Below, piece after piece: positions 36,531 to 48,983 of a stretch of 64,000 bases of DNA. Both the position numbers and the translations under genes were made by a program. The DNA is taken from positions 32,800,001-32,864,000 of the forward strand of contig NC_087251.1 of the NCBI RefSeq assembly GCF_037042905.1. Reading direction: 5' to 3'. Source of the DNA: Lytechinus pictus (Eukaryota). Under the pieces are notes generated by a model, which saw only the letters and a program-made list of their open reading frames with translations, did not search any database and was not told where the DNA came from. How positions within the stretch are numbered: the first letter of the stretch is position 1; each line of letters opens with the position of its first letter.

Positions 36531-38146
36531 TCATCTGTAAGAACTACCTGCACCACCTGTGCCGCCGCCACTGCCACCACCATGTGACGGCCTCCTGCCC
36601 ATCATTTCACGACCAGTGATACGGACAGTAGCAAGGCCAGAATTGAAGTTTCCTTGCTGCTGCTGCTGCTGTTTACCTACTGTCCCGGGCAGTTGATTGC
36701 TGGCACTCTGCTGTGACTGTGGCCCACCGAATCGGGCAACCGGTTGCATGGCCACATTGGGAGGCACGCCCATACTCTGGAGTTGCTTGGCAGCATATTC
36801 CTGGGCAATACTCATCATGGACTCATCAACAGGGGGCTGACCGGGTGCTGGCTGGCTGCTGGGTGGCGGTCTGTAGTTGGGAGGTGCTATGCCAGGAGGA
36901 GGAGGGGCAGGAGGAGTTGCTGTGGGTGTCTCCCCTGACTGGGATCTTGAGAAGCTGTACTGGGATTGCACTGGTGGATGGGACACCGGTGGCGTGTGAG
37001 GCCGATATTGACTGGTAGGAGTAGGAATAGGAGGTGTAGGAGGTTGATACTGATTGGGTAAGCTGGGTGGTGCTTGATTTGGAGGCAGCTGAACTGGAGG
37101 TAATTGCCGAGGAGGAAACTGTGGTGGCATGTTAGGTGTCGTTTGGGGTATTCCTGGGGCAGGTGGCCTTGAAGGTGGTGGAGGTGGCCGGTACATGGGT
37201 GGTTGCTGGGGTACAGCTGATGGTGCAGGCGGCGGCTGTTGGTACTGTTGGGCTGGTGTAGTCACTGGTGGCGGCCTGGTGTAGGTGTGTGGTAAAGTTG
37301 GAGGTGGAGGGTGGTTCATGAACTGCCCTGGTATCTGATATGGTGGCTGAGAAGATGGCTGATGGCCTGAACTTGAGACGGGAGGAGGACCTGGAGCAGG
37401 AGGTGGAGCTCGAACAGGAGCTGGAGCAGGGGCTGGAATGGGTACTGGAGGGGGAATCACTGGTTGAGGTTTTGTGGCTGGCGGAAAAGTGGGTGGCTGT
37501 ACAGATCCAGTGGAATAGTGCGGATTACTGTATTGAGGTGCTGCAAATGTAGATGCAGGAGGATTCGGGGGTGTGTAGGCTGGTACCTGCTGATAAGGAT
37601 TTGGGTGTGTCACTGTAGCCGGTGGTGGTGGGACCTGTGGTGCAGGAGTCGGTACAGTTTGTTGGGGCGGTTGATGATGCCCAACTGGGGGTTGATGGTG
37701 CTGGGTTGGAGGGGGCTGGTGCAGCGGTGCCCCATGAGGGGGGACTGGTGTAGATACTGGGTGTGTTGGTAGATGTGGGGCTGGGTGTGGTACCTGATGA
37801 GGGACATGTGGTGCCTGTGGAGGAGGTACCTGCTGTGGAGGTGCTTGATGAGGTGGTGCCTGGATTGGCGGAGCTTGATGAGGTGGTGCCTGCTGGTGAG
37901 CAGGTTGCTGCTGTGGTGGTGGGGCAGAAGGCCCCTGATGGGTGTGGTGAGTACTAGATGAAGGATATCCACCGGTATGCACACGGGGAGGAGGAGGTGG
38001 TGCCGGTGATGCTTGGCGCCTTTCATGTTTTACAGCGGCGTGAGCAGGATGAGATGGGGGAGCCGATCCACTTGATGGGGGAGGAGGAGGTGGTAGTCTC
38101 TGCTTCTCTCTCGGGTGTTCTTGTTTGACCATCTTTGCTTTTGGAT
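36531..38146 (-). CDS. CCNK: CCNK terminal exon, Pro/Gln/His-rich low-complexity tail
   Basis: TTTTGTAG acceptor at 38147, contains the 533-aa ORF of the track, TGA at 36531-36533. Confidence 0.9.
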
Positions 38147-41100
38147 CTACAAAATGAAAAATACATGATACATCAAAACATGTGAATTAAGGGAAACGAC
38201 CAGACTGGGAACTAGGAGCAATGTGCTTTTCATGGACAATTTCTTCAGTACATGATCAAAACTGAAAGAATTTCTTCCTAAAGGGCTACTACCTATTACC
38301 ATATTCCCAGAAATATTGAATATTCAGTTACAGCCTGTGATTCCAAAGGTTCGTTATTCCCATTGATATTCATTAGTCTGAAAATGAAAAAGGATTTGTT
38401 AATCCAAACATTTGTGATCCTGAACAATCTTCAGAGGGTAGAGCAAGGAGATAGACGCCCCAGGAGGAGAAAATGGAGAGAGCTGGAAAGTCGGATCATT
38501 CGAATTCGTAGAGAATTTAAAAATGAGGAGACAGAAATCTGCTTTCATTATGGAATGCAGCAGTTCACTTCAGCAAATCTTACATAATATAGACCAACGA
38601 TCTGCCACACAGAAGAAAATGTGAAACCCACGTCTAACTTACATTAACGCAATGAAAACAATCCACTCTCAGTAGTTTGCATTTCCGACATGAACAGCCG
38701 AAACTCGAATAAAAGTTTAATAAACGTGGAGATAGGAGCCCCAGAAGGAGAAAATGGAGAGAGTTGGAACGCCAGATCAATCAAATTCGTAAAGAATTTG
38801 AAAATGAGTAGACAGAAATCTGCTCTCGTTATGGAATGCAGCAGTTCACTTCAGCAAAGCTTACATAATATAGACCAACGATCTGCCACACAGAAGAAAA
38901 TGTGAAACCTACGTCAAACTTACAGTAACACAAAGAAAATGATCCACTCTCAGTAGTTGGCATTCACGACATGAACAGCCGAAACTCAAAGTAAAAGTTT
39001 ATGCTTAATTGACCCAGGATATTACAAGAGCTCTTATTATAGAAGACAAATGTCCCTGTCTACATCAAGCTTCAGAAACATCTCTGGCATTAACTTAAGA
39101 CTGCAAGATGTGACCGTCAGATATCAATCCTGTTATAATTTTGATACAAATATTTCTAGCTATGTGACCACTGGTCCAGAGCATACAAAATAAAACTTCC
39201 TGATGTACATTTTTAACATAAAAAAACATCAGTACTTTCTATCATGCAAATCTTTTTGATCAGATAAGGATTGGTCACGAAGCTTTTTTAATCCATCAAG
39301 TGTTGTAATTGTTTTTAGAAGGTTGAATGAGAGATCTACAAGACAAAACCCAATAAAATTCAAACAGATCCATCACAAAGCAAGGGCCTTCCACGACTCT
39401 TTCTTTGTATCAGCCATACTTGACTGGAATAAACTCTCTGCAGATATAGTAAATTCATTCTCTTTATAGACTCCTTCAAAAATGAATTAAATATCAATTA
39501 CTTCTTCGAGCCACTCCACACGTAGCTTGCTCTTCAAGCCAATCCTGGTATTTTGCTGACTCAACGATACAGATAAGAACGGACAAGGTGTTGAGTTTAA
39601 TATTCAGTTGGTGTTTTAGAACATTGATTAGTCACAATGAAAGGATATTCACGATTTATATGTTTCTATAGTTTGCTTATTTTCTTTTCCCAAGCAAAGG
39701 CTGGTGAAATGATTACTTTGTACACAGATCAGACAAGCTCTTGCCTTTTATATCACATCAGGTGTTGAATTTTCAGATAGTTTACATCACGGCCACACAT
39801 TAGTGAAAACCGGACGCCGATTGCTGATAATCTGATCGGCAAAAAACCTGACGCTGATAAAAATATTTGAGAGGACATGTAGCCAAACACTGTCAACCTT
39901 TTGCCAACTTCAGAAAACCTTTTGCAAGAGCTGATTCCAATTCCAATCAAGGTCAGTAGTCGACGACAAGTTGGCGAGCAGTGTTTTGACTATAGCCTTA
40001 TTCACAATGGAGCACATTGACAATTATGCTTCCAAGAGGTTAATTACTTTTAGCAAACTTATATGGATTTCTTTGAATGAAGACAAGTTTTTTAAAGGGT
40101 AATTCCAAAGTTTGACTTATAAAAATATAGTAAACTCTAAAAAAATAGGATGGCTTCAAGTTTTATCTAAATCGGGCGAAAAATAAAGACAATATGGACA
40201 TTTTGAAAATACCGTACGCTATTTTTCATGAAAGAGTTCTCTGAAATTACAGGGGCTGTATTTCAGCAAAGTAGCGAGGCAAAGTCTCATTCCTCTTAAC
40301 TAGCTATTTATTTGGCTAACTTCTCACACTGCTAGAACTGAGATATATGAAATATATTCAGGTTTTGTTTGTTCAATTGTTTGAGAAGCTTAATGAAGGA
40401 TATATTACACTTAAAATCTTATTGATTATTTGTTTGATAAGTACTGCAACAACAGACATGGGTGATATTTTCCTGCTTTTTAGTGGCCTCTTACCATAAT
40501 GATTATTTCTACGTCATGCATGGCTAATCTTGATGACGATGCAGAAAAGGTGAGGAGTAGGCTAGGAGCATACATATTAATAAATAACACACTATAATTT
40601 TTATGATTGTATTAGTTTGTCAGTGTGTGTTTGTGCGCGCTGAGGCGATGGGGTTATTTATTTTTCAATTATTAACAGCAAAATCTGTTAAATAATGAGT
40701 TCCCCTCCCCCAGGAAATCCCCCTTATCTGGAGGTTATTCATGGGTGACCAACACACAGTCCCCAACATTCTTAATCCATCTGCTCAGGCAGCAATTGCT
40801 CAGATGAAAACAAAATGAAGATGCTCCATCAAAGCCGCTTCTAACACACGCTTCACCCCCACAATACATACTATATTCTCTGCTGAGACTATTTACTGCA
40901 TTGCATATGATTTTTTGTATTACAACACTGTTTTTGTCACTAAAATAACTTTTTTTTCGGAATAATGAAGCTTATTTTATTTTCGGACTGACGAACGTTC
41001 AAACTAACAAACCAAATTACATATTCGGACTAAAGAACCTTCGGAATAACGAACCTGTGCAATAACTAGCATCACTTAAATATTCAAGGGCTATACCGTA

Positions 41101-44100
41101 AAATATGTACATCTAGACCCTATCCTAAAAAGACTTGCCTCTTTTTATGTACTTTATATGACAAGTTATAATGCTCTTAATATACTATGCCTGTAGCAGT
41201 TGAAAAATTGAGAAACTTTGGGACTGGATGTCCAAAAGAGGTTGATAACAATTTAATATCATTGCCAAGAATGAAAAATCCTGAGTTTAGTACTACACAA
41301 CTCTCTTAATACATGTCATGTGGAATGTTAACAAATTCTTTACAGGATATAAAAAAATCAATCAACAAAGAATCATTGCAATCTTGAAATAATGTTTTCT
41401 TAAAATCCCTGGTATGTCTTACCTCCGTGGCCTCCATCTTGGGCTGGTTTCTGTGAAATAAAAAATAAAAGAACAAAATATTATCATATCAGTCATAGAT
41501 AAGAAACACATATATACTCAAATACACAACACATAACCGGGGTAACTACATGGGTTGATAATCATTAATCAAAATTTCAAGCACAGGATCTGTTTAAGAA
41601 TGTTTCATTCATAAAGAATAAAACAGTAATCAGTGACGACCTGAGTTTCCTTTATATCAGCAGCTTTATTTCAATCTCAAAGAAAAACAAAAATGAGAAA
41701 CTTTATTATTCACGGAAACCTAATGTTGTGCAATGGTTGTACAATCACGCACAACCATGTCTGCACTGTGAGAGTCTGTAGTGTCAAGTGCGGGTAGAGT
41801 AAGTACACAGTTTACATGTATACGCATATTCTAAAATAGTGCAAACTGATGTTATTTATACCTTTCCAAAAAAAAAAAAAAGCTGTAGACTTTATCACAT
41901 CTGGTAAAATCGATTTTATCTCACTTATAATTGATTTCAAATGCAAGTTAATCACCTGCTGAGCTGTGAATGGAGTATTTAAGCATTATCAGATATCAGA
42001 TGGCACTCGGCCACCTTAAAACTGGGTTTCGAGTTACTGATGCAACAGTCTCACCAGCGAAACTGACTCCAAACTGACCAATTGTATATCATTGGAAATA
42101 TAACATTATTATCTATACAAGGCATTTTAAGATATAAACAAAAGTCATATTTCGCTCGCTACTTTCAATCCGAGACCAACGAAGTAAACATTTGCCATGT
42201 TGCTCTCCCCGGGCTTTGCCCATAGGAATCCTGTACAAAACAGAGGGCAATATTGGCCATATTTTTGCTAGTGTGCTTGCGCAGTAGGAGCCGATTTTGA
42301 TTGTTAATTTCAGTATTTGAGAAATCTGGCTGAAACCAGTTTATGAACCAACGCATTGTAGATACACAAACGCAACCCAAGTGCAAGATTTCTACGCGTT
42401 GACTGTATGTGCGCGCCTTGTATGATCCGCGACTACAAGGTAACAATTTACGTCACAATTGCTTATAAGGGTTACTTCGCTAAGTTCGTGAATAAGCTGA
42501 AGCCAAAAGTAGTGATAAGCAAACAGGAATATAAATTGTTCCAAATAATAGCTTGAATTACACATTGTACAGCCTTAGGTAATAATAATATTGACTGGCT
42601 CTTCTTTTGGGAAACATCAAATATGTCGCCCTTAAAAGAACCATATTGCCCTCGTCTAAAGTCTCGGCCAATGTGACTCTGTTGCGGGCGACATATTTGA
42701 TGTTCCCCTCAAGGCCAGTCAATATTATATAGTTATTACCTGAATGAGACATTTTAGAGACAAGATATAAACACTTTTTTTGTCTGATTGATTAACTCAA
42801 CACGAAACATGTCACAATGGCCCAGCCAGGGTTTAGCTGAATGATTAGGTACAATAATATTCATACACCCCTCCTCAGCGAATTAATCATTTTCCTATGG
42901 TGCCTATGTAGTAAATAGTATTCCTATTTCATCGAACCCCAGCGCAAATCTTGAGTACGCTCATAGAGATGTTTACGCGTTAAGTGTGTGCGCCCCAGCG
43001 CTGTATACACTTCACGTCACAATTACTTAGACAGGATTACTTCATTAAGTTCACGAGTATCCTCAATTTTGGAAGTACCAAGAGGCAAACAGATGTTATT
43101 AGTTGCACCCTGCTTGTTCACGTAATACGGGAAATATCTACGTTCTGGTTCTATATTCCATGAAGCAAGAGGCTGAATGGATTATGGAACCAGAACGTAG
43201 ATATTTCCTGTATTTCGTAAGAACAAGCAGGGTGTAACAATTTTATCTCTTTTTTTAAGTGTCTCCTTATATTACGTGGTTGAAATCAGCACTGGGCATG
43301 CGAATAACAATGAAAACAACATTTAAACAACAACAGCTTAACAACAAACAGGTAATACGGGCTCATATTACCTGTTTGATCATTGTGACCAAGTAAAATA
43401 GGTAAATACGATTTGTCTCACAAACAAATCGACCAATCAAATTACAGAATTCATGAGAAATATGGCCCACTATGAGATAAAAATTGCTACAAATAATAGC
43501 TTGAATTCATCATACGGCTGTAGGCCTACAGGTAATACTAATTATAATATTGATTGGTTTTAATTTTCCGGAGACACAACATTATATTTCCTCTCAGTAG
43601 ACCCGTATTGAATGCGTCAAGACTCGGGCAATATGAGACTACTTCGGGAAATCTATCTCCCTCAAAGACTTTTCCTTTAGAAAGTAGGCGTACTTACAGG
43701 TTTAGGTCTTTTAGGAGGAGCCTTAGTAGGAGTACCCTGAGAACCAGGTCCTTTGTGCTGACCAGCGGCATACAAGTCCAGCAACTTGTGACAAATTTCT
43801 ACATAAAAACAGATAAGAAATAAAGCATTAGGAAATATAATCATGACTTCAAAACAAAATTTTAAACAAGTTTTTAAGGTGAAACTTTATGTCCACAACA
43901 AAGTATGTTACAAGGTATGCATATTATTATAGAGATAATTCTGACCCTCGCCTTGCAATCAGGTTTATATACACTTGGTCTACAAACAGTTGGTCTACTT
44001 CTTAGATACATGTAGTCTAAAACCACTTGGGCTAAGCCCATTTGGTCTAATTGCTGTTTGGTCTACACTACGCTTGGTCTAATACCCACTTAGTGGAATT

Positions 44101-47100
44101 ATCAGATGGTCTAATACCACATGGGCTAAACCCATTTGGTCTAAATTTGGTCTAATCACTGTTTGGTCTACACTAAACTTAGTCTAACACCTTCTTAATC
44201 TCATATTCTCATTTAGTCCAAGGCCCAATCGGACAAATTTCCACTTCGTCTACTAATCATTTTGCACTTTGTTAAATGAAAATTTGGTTCATAAATAGTC
44301 CATCAAACTAAATAGACTAAGTGGTGTTAGACCAAGTGGATATTAGACTAAATGGGTAGACTAACTGGCTGCTGACAAACTAGGATTAGACCATGTGGGA
44401 TGAGACCAATGGAAAAGGAGACGAAGCGGATTTCAGTAGCTTTTTTAACTGTTTTTGCAAATTTGTTATTACAACAAGTTTAATGTAACGGGCCCCAGGG
44501 GTCAATTTACTGACCTTCCATGATGTCCAGGGAAATGTCTTCGGTCAGTTGCTCCCACCATCTGTTCTTGGTAGCCTTCCCTGACCAGTCCATCAGGTCA
44601 CTCTTGGACAGTCTGCCGGCCAAGTAGAGGAATCCCACTGCTACGATGTGAGGTTCCCATTGGAGACATAGTGTTGTGCACAGACTAAAGGAAGCAACAA
44701 TAGAGATACAATGAAGTAACCCCTGAAGATATCCATGGCAGAGTGAATCAGTATCATAAAAAAGGACCACACAAATCTGACTTTTCAACAAGAGCGTCTG
44801 ATACATGTACAATTTATGACAAGAATGAAGTGTGTACCTACTGTACTTTGAACACAATTTAAATGATATACACCATAAATATAGGGGGAGTGTGTACTGT
44901 GCACCTCAAGCGGTTGGCAGGGTATCCAAAATATTAATGAATACGTTTACCACAATACTAATAGTTGCAACACTAACAAAACATACAGAAGTAGCAAAGC
45001 ATGCCATCATGCTATGTAATTAAACAATTTCCCTTCTGTAAACAGGACATGTCTCTCTTGAGGATCTTACTCTATGGCTAAGGTGGCCGTGGCAGTTCCA
45101 CTACAAACAGACTCTAAACGCCACCGCAGGGTGTTCCACCTGTGACACTGTTACAATTTATGTTAATATTTATAGACATGACTATTGTACCCTCCTTATT
45201 AGACTAAAGAGAATTCAATATCTAGTCGTATTGATGTCATGAAAATCATATGATTATGTTCGGCTACTATTTAATACAATTTGGCCTTTACTCCATTTTT
45301 ATCGATAATTTTGAAATTAGTATTCTTACAGTAAGTTTTAACCTCAAATAAAGAAATTATATTAATTCATATTTTCAGGAAATAAACTAAATGCAATTTG
45401 TTCCAAAATCAGATCATATAGAAGTCGCAATATGTGCGTTGGCCTCAAAGCACAAAAAGCCTCTTTCTTTCGAGACAGAATGATGCCAACATTGCAACTG
45501 TAGACTATCTAATATCTTTCATTTGATTTTTACCTGTCGTTTACAAAGGTCCAGGCCATTTGAACGAGCTTCTGTATCTTATCCTTGTCTCCTTTGAATG
45601 TCTTGGCGTACTTCAAGAGATAGCTGTAAGGGTGTTCCACCTGAAGGTCAAACTTGATAGTCTGAAGAAGGATTCTTTCGTGTGTCATGATCTCCTCCTG
45701 TAAAACAAAGAAAATTGTGAAGATCATCAAGCATTATTTACTAGATTTATACATCTAGCCTGTAGGAGACTTGAGTAGGAAATCATGCAATAGGAAAATT
45801 CATGCTTTGGTAAAATTAAACCAAAACACAGCACCAATCTCTATAAGTAGACAATTGATTTATTGGTGTATTTCGTGATTGTCTATTGGTATAATTCAAT
45901 CTCACCTTGGGGTCATCACCAAAGGCAGCAAAGTGTTGCTCAGAAAGGATATTCTTGGCAATCTTGATGATGTCCTTGCATTTCTTGGGAGTTTCCTCAA
46001 CTTTACCAGCGAGAAACAGGCAGGCTGCACCCATGATCTGTACAAAGATAAAACAGTTATATTAGTAGGGGAAGGCGGGGTAAGTTGTGACACTTTTTGC
46101 ATTTTGCATGTTAGAATTGATATGAATAATAACATTGTAGTATTAAGTACCTTGCCTTTAAATTTGATTCTTGGGAAATATTTTTTACCTATATATAACT
46201 TTCTACCCCCACACTGAAAGTCATTGTGACCTTTGAAAAAAAAACGATGTCAAATGGCTCAACTTGCCCCATCTGTGGGGTAAGTTGTGCTACCTTCTGG
46301 GGTAAGTTGAGCCACAAAAACTATGTACAAAATGTATGCGGGAAGAACCGGTATGTCAACGTTTTATTTAAAGACTTCACTTGCTAATTCTCTATAAATG
46401 CTAACATCCTCTAAAAGTAAAAGAACTGTCATGTAAATTTGCTCAGTTCTGCCTCCATATCAATGGCTTTTAAGGTTTTTTTTATTTTTTATTATACATT
46501 ACTATAAGAATTACCATGACACAACTTGCCCCATGTTGGCTGGCACACATTACCCCAGTCCGAACTTAATGCGATATTTTCACATCCACACATTTCTTAT
46601 GCATCCATCATGTAAAAGACTATGACAAGAATGAGAATCCATACCTGGACTAACAATATTGTTCTTATTTCTTTGTTATATTTAAAGACGTGTGTGGGTA
46701 AAAAGCACTTTTCTATATCACACCATTTTTTACTTTTTTGGCTGGAATTTGTATTTTTCCCTCTAATAAAAGTACTTTTTGTTTCAAAGTTGAAAACAAT
46801 GTGGTGGGGTTAAGGGTTATGTAATGGGTCATCAATGCATGACACCACCACAATGTCCGACTCATTCATTAAATGGCCTGGGGGTGGTGGCTCAACTTGC
46901 CCCTATCCTCAACTTACCCCGCCTTCCCCTACATATCACATCAGCTCATTTTTTTTCAAAAGTACTCAACTTAATAGATTAAAATCAGTAGTCATAGCTA
47001 ATGGATAATTGACAATTTTTTTAAGTCTCATATTTTGGAGGTATTATGACCCTTTCAATAAGGAAGCAGGTTTGAAAGTTGCTTCAGGCATTAATTTAGT

Positions 47101-48983
47101 TCAGCACAAAATGTACCAATATTGTGCTACACTCTTCCAAGAGGTGAGTTAAATGGGTACCCAGTAAGATTTATTAATGTTATTAATGTTTTACAGACTG
47201 TACGGGGAGTCAGCTACAGCCAGAGAAATATCATAATGTAAAGGGCATTAGATTATATGCATATGTGGAGTGAAATCGGTCTACACAACCACCCAAGGGA
47301 GACAAGAAAAATAAATAAAATAATAGGCATTTATAGAGTGCCATCTATCTCAAAATAATCCACTCCGAGGCGCATTGTTGTTATTATTATTAAACCAGCT
47401 TTAGCTCAAGCTGCCTTCCAACACTCGGTGCATTCAAGGAATTAATCCTGCTGGGTTCCCATTTACACCTCACTTGGGTCGACTGCAGCACAACATTGGT
47501 AAATTTCTTGCTGAAAGAAAATATGTTGATGGCTTGGATTTGAAGCCACGTCCCACTGATTGAAAGACAAGAGTCACAACCACAAGACCACCAACCCCCA
47601 TAAGAAAAGTGGTCTGTACGAACAGGTTCCTATAATACATGAGTCAATGGAGAATACTTTTTAAAAGGAAACCAGAATTGTGTTCTTTATAGACAAGCAA
47701 TCGTTGGGCAGGTTTCACTGTAATAGCTGCACTAAATAATTGGACCCGTTTGGCTTACTTCCGTGAAAATGTATATATTCACTCATTATTTTCGAATGAT
47801 TTTTTAGTACAATAATTCAAACAACACATCCACCTGTCACTTTCTACAATATATATGGTAATTTTTTAATAATAATAATAATGTGATAAATTTGTATAGC
47901 GCAGCCACTATATAAATATACTCTACTGCGCTTTGGTTACTCCTACTGCTTATACTAACTAAAAATGATGATCTACTTAAAAGCTCCCTTGATCAGATGT
48001 ATCTTCAATAATGCTTTGAAAGAAGGAACAGATTGGGTCATTCTAACGCTAAGGGGAAGTTGGTTCCATAATTTTGGAGCTGCATTGCTAAATGCACAGT
48101 CTCCTCAACATCTCTGCTGAAATAAAACAAGGTACACTAGTAAGCAAGAATGCATTGTACGATATAGCTTTTCTTAGATTCATTGTCTGATTCAATCTGG
48201 AGATGAGAACATACAATTTAAAATGAACAGCGAGAGAAAAAGAAAGAAAAAATAGAACACTTTACAAATAAACCGATTAATTTACCACTTCAAATAAATT
48301 ACTATACTTACATATCGAGGAAACTCCTTGAATGAATGAAACATGTAGAAACGATGAAAATACACGACTCCAGTAGCCATGGTATCATAACGTCTGAATC
48401 TCAAAATTAAGGAAAATAAGCTGGGGAAACTATGCCATTGTTGAAAAAACTACCTGTAATTATACACTCATTCTCAGCATCTAAATTCCTAGCTGCTGCA
48501 ATATTATCAACATGCATGTAAAGATATGTGCTCAAATACTCATTTTCCCATAAACAATACAAAATAATATTATTGATGTACATATTTAAAACATTTTAAA
48601 AGGAAAATTATGAGGAAAGGCACAGATAAGCAAACTTTCCATCTTATCAATAGGTTATCAACAATTGCTTCAATTCATGAATGCATTCAAATTATTGGTT
48701 ACAGCATTAGCTATTACTTTGAAGGATAAAATTGTAGAGATTGAAGCAAGTCCAGTACCATAGAAATCTGTGATCACATTTGAAATTTAAGACATATTTA
48801 TAAACTGTGTATTTCAACTGCAAGGTATGTAATATAAATAGGATACAGTTTCTGCGTAGTTCCGGCCTCGATGATAAAGCGTGAGCCCTCTCTGCGATAA
48901 CGAGCCTCGGTGCCAGGATCTATCCCATCCTTGATAGAGGGCGTATTCTCCAGATCCTCTTTCTCATAATACCAACAAGGCAT
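36531..48983 (-). CDS. CCNK: Cyclin K, predicted 809 aa: complement join(48847-48983,48312-48393,45906-46037,45534-45697,44515-44684,43698-43798,41423-41450,36531-38146)
   Basis: The cyclin box matches cyclin K ([97 protein letters not shown]) and is followed by a Pro-rich tail. The exons sum to 2430 nt in one frame. Confidence 0.95.
38447..39000 (+). repeat. About 281-bp tandem duplication, probable MULE transposase 3'-end relic
   Basis: Units start at 38447 and 38728. Frameshifted translation [23 protein letters not shown] / [15 protein letters not shown] resembles Mutator-like transposase C-termini. Confidence 0.55.
41423..41450 (-). CDS. CCNK: CCNK 28-nt microexon (KPAQDGGHG)
   Basis: T-rich tract + TTTCACAG acceptor, GAG|GTAAGA donor. 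It is needed to convert phase 0 to the phase 1 required by the last exon. Confidence 0.8.
43698..43798 (-). CDS. CCNK: CCNK exon ([34 protein letters not shown])
   Basis: TGTAG acceptor, GTAAGT donor, ICHxxLDLY marks the end of the cyclin domain. Confidence 0.92.
43970..44425. mobile_element. Foldback element built of short TTGGTCTA / TAGACCAA repeats
   Basis: More than 10 TGGTCTA motifs on the left and inverted TAGACYA motifs on the right. Confidence 0.7.
44515..44684 (-). CDS. CCNK: CCNK exon ([18 protein letters not shown]...ISLDIME)
   Basis: TTTAG acceptor, GTCAGT donor. Confidence 0.93.
45534..45697 (-). CDS. CCNK: CCNK exon ([24 protein letters not shown]...WTFVND)
   Basis: TTACAG acceptor, GTAAAA donor. 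Confidence 0.95.
45906..46037 (-). CDS. CCNK: CCNK exon ([22 protein letters not shown]...FGDDPK)
   Basis: TACAG acceptor, GTGAGA donor, 132 nt. Confidence 0.95.
46065..46932. mobile_element. Non-autonomous DNA transposon with perfect 23-bp TIRs in a CCNK intron
   Basis: GTAGGGGAAGGCGGGGTAAGTTG / CAACTTACCCCGCCTTCCCCTAC, internal GGGGTAAGTTG repeats. Confidence 0.85.
47310..47600 (-). mobile_element. tRNA-derived SINE (reverse), degenerate
   Basis: Reverse complement of the 11027 SINE body (CATTCAAGGAATTAATCCTGCTGGGTTCCCATTT..GGGTCGACTGCAGCACAAC) with decayed A and B boxes. Confidence 0.75.
47868..48105 (-). mobile_element. L2-clade LINE 3' fragment
   Basis: Minus frame [37 protein letters not shown] followed by an (ATT)n tail. 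Confidence 0.75.
48312..48393 (-). CDS. CCNK: CCNK exon ([28 protein letters not shown])
   Basis: CAG acceptor with U12 branch site, GTAAGT donor. Confidence 0.95.
48394..48846 (-). other. U12-type (minor spliceosome) GT-AG intron of CCNK
   Basis: 5' site GTATCCTAT, branch site TTTTCCTTAAT (48416-48406) about 13 nt from the CAG, no long polypyrimidine tract. Confidence 0.88.
48847..48983 (-). CDS. CCNK: CCNK first coding exon (MPCWYY...TTQKL)
   Basis: ATG at 48983, upstream acceptor TTTCACAG at 49021, ends at a U12-type donor GTATCCT. Confidence 0.93.

Noticed and set aside
36713..38026. Several ORFs overlapping the CCNK last exon, including a 138-aa His-rich alternative frame
   Set aside because: Expected shadows of a GC-rich, Pro-codon-rich exon. 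The His-rich frame is cut off by the TAA at 38030.
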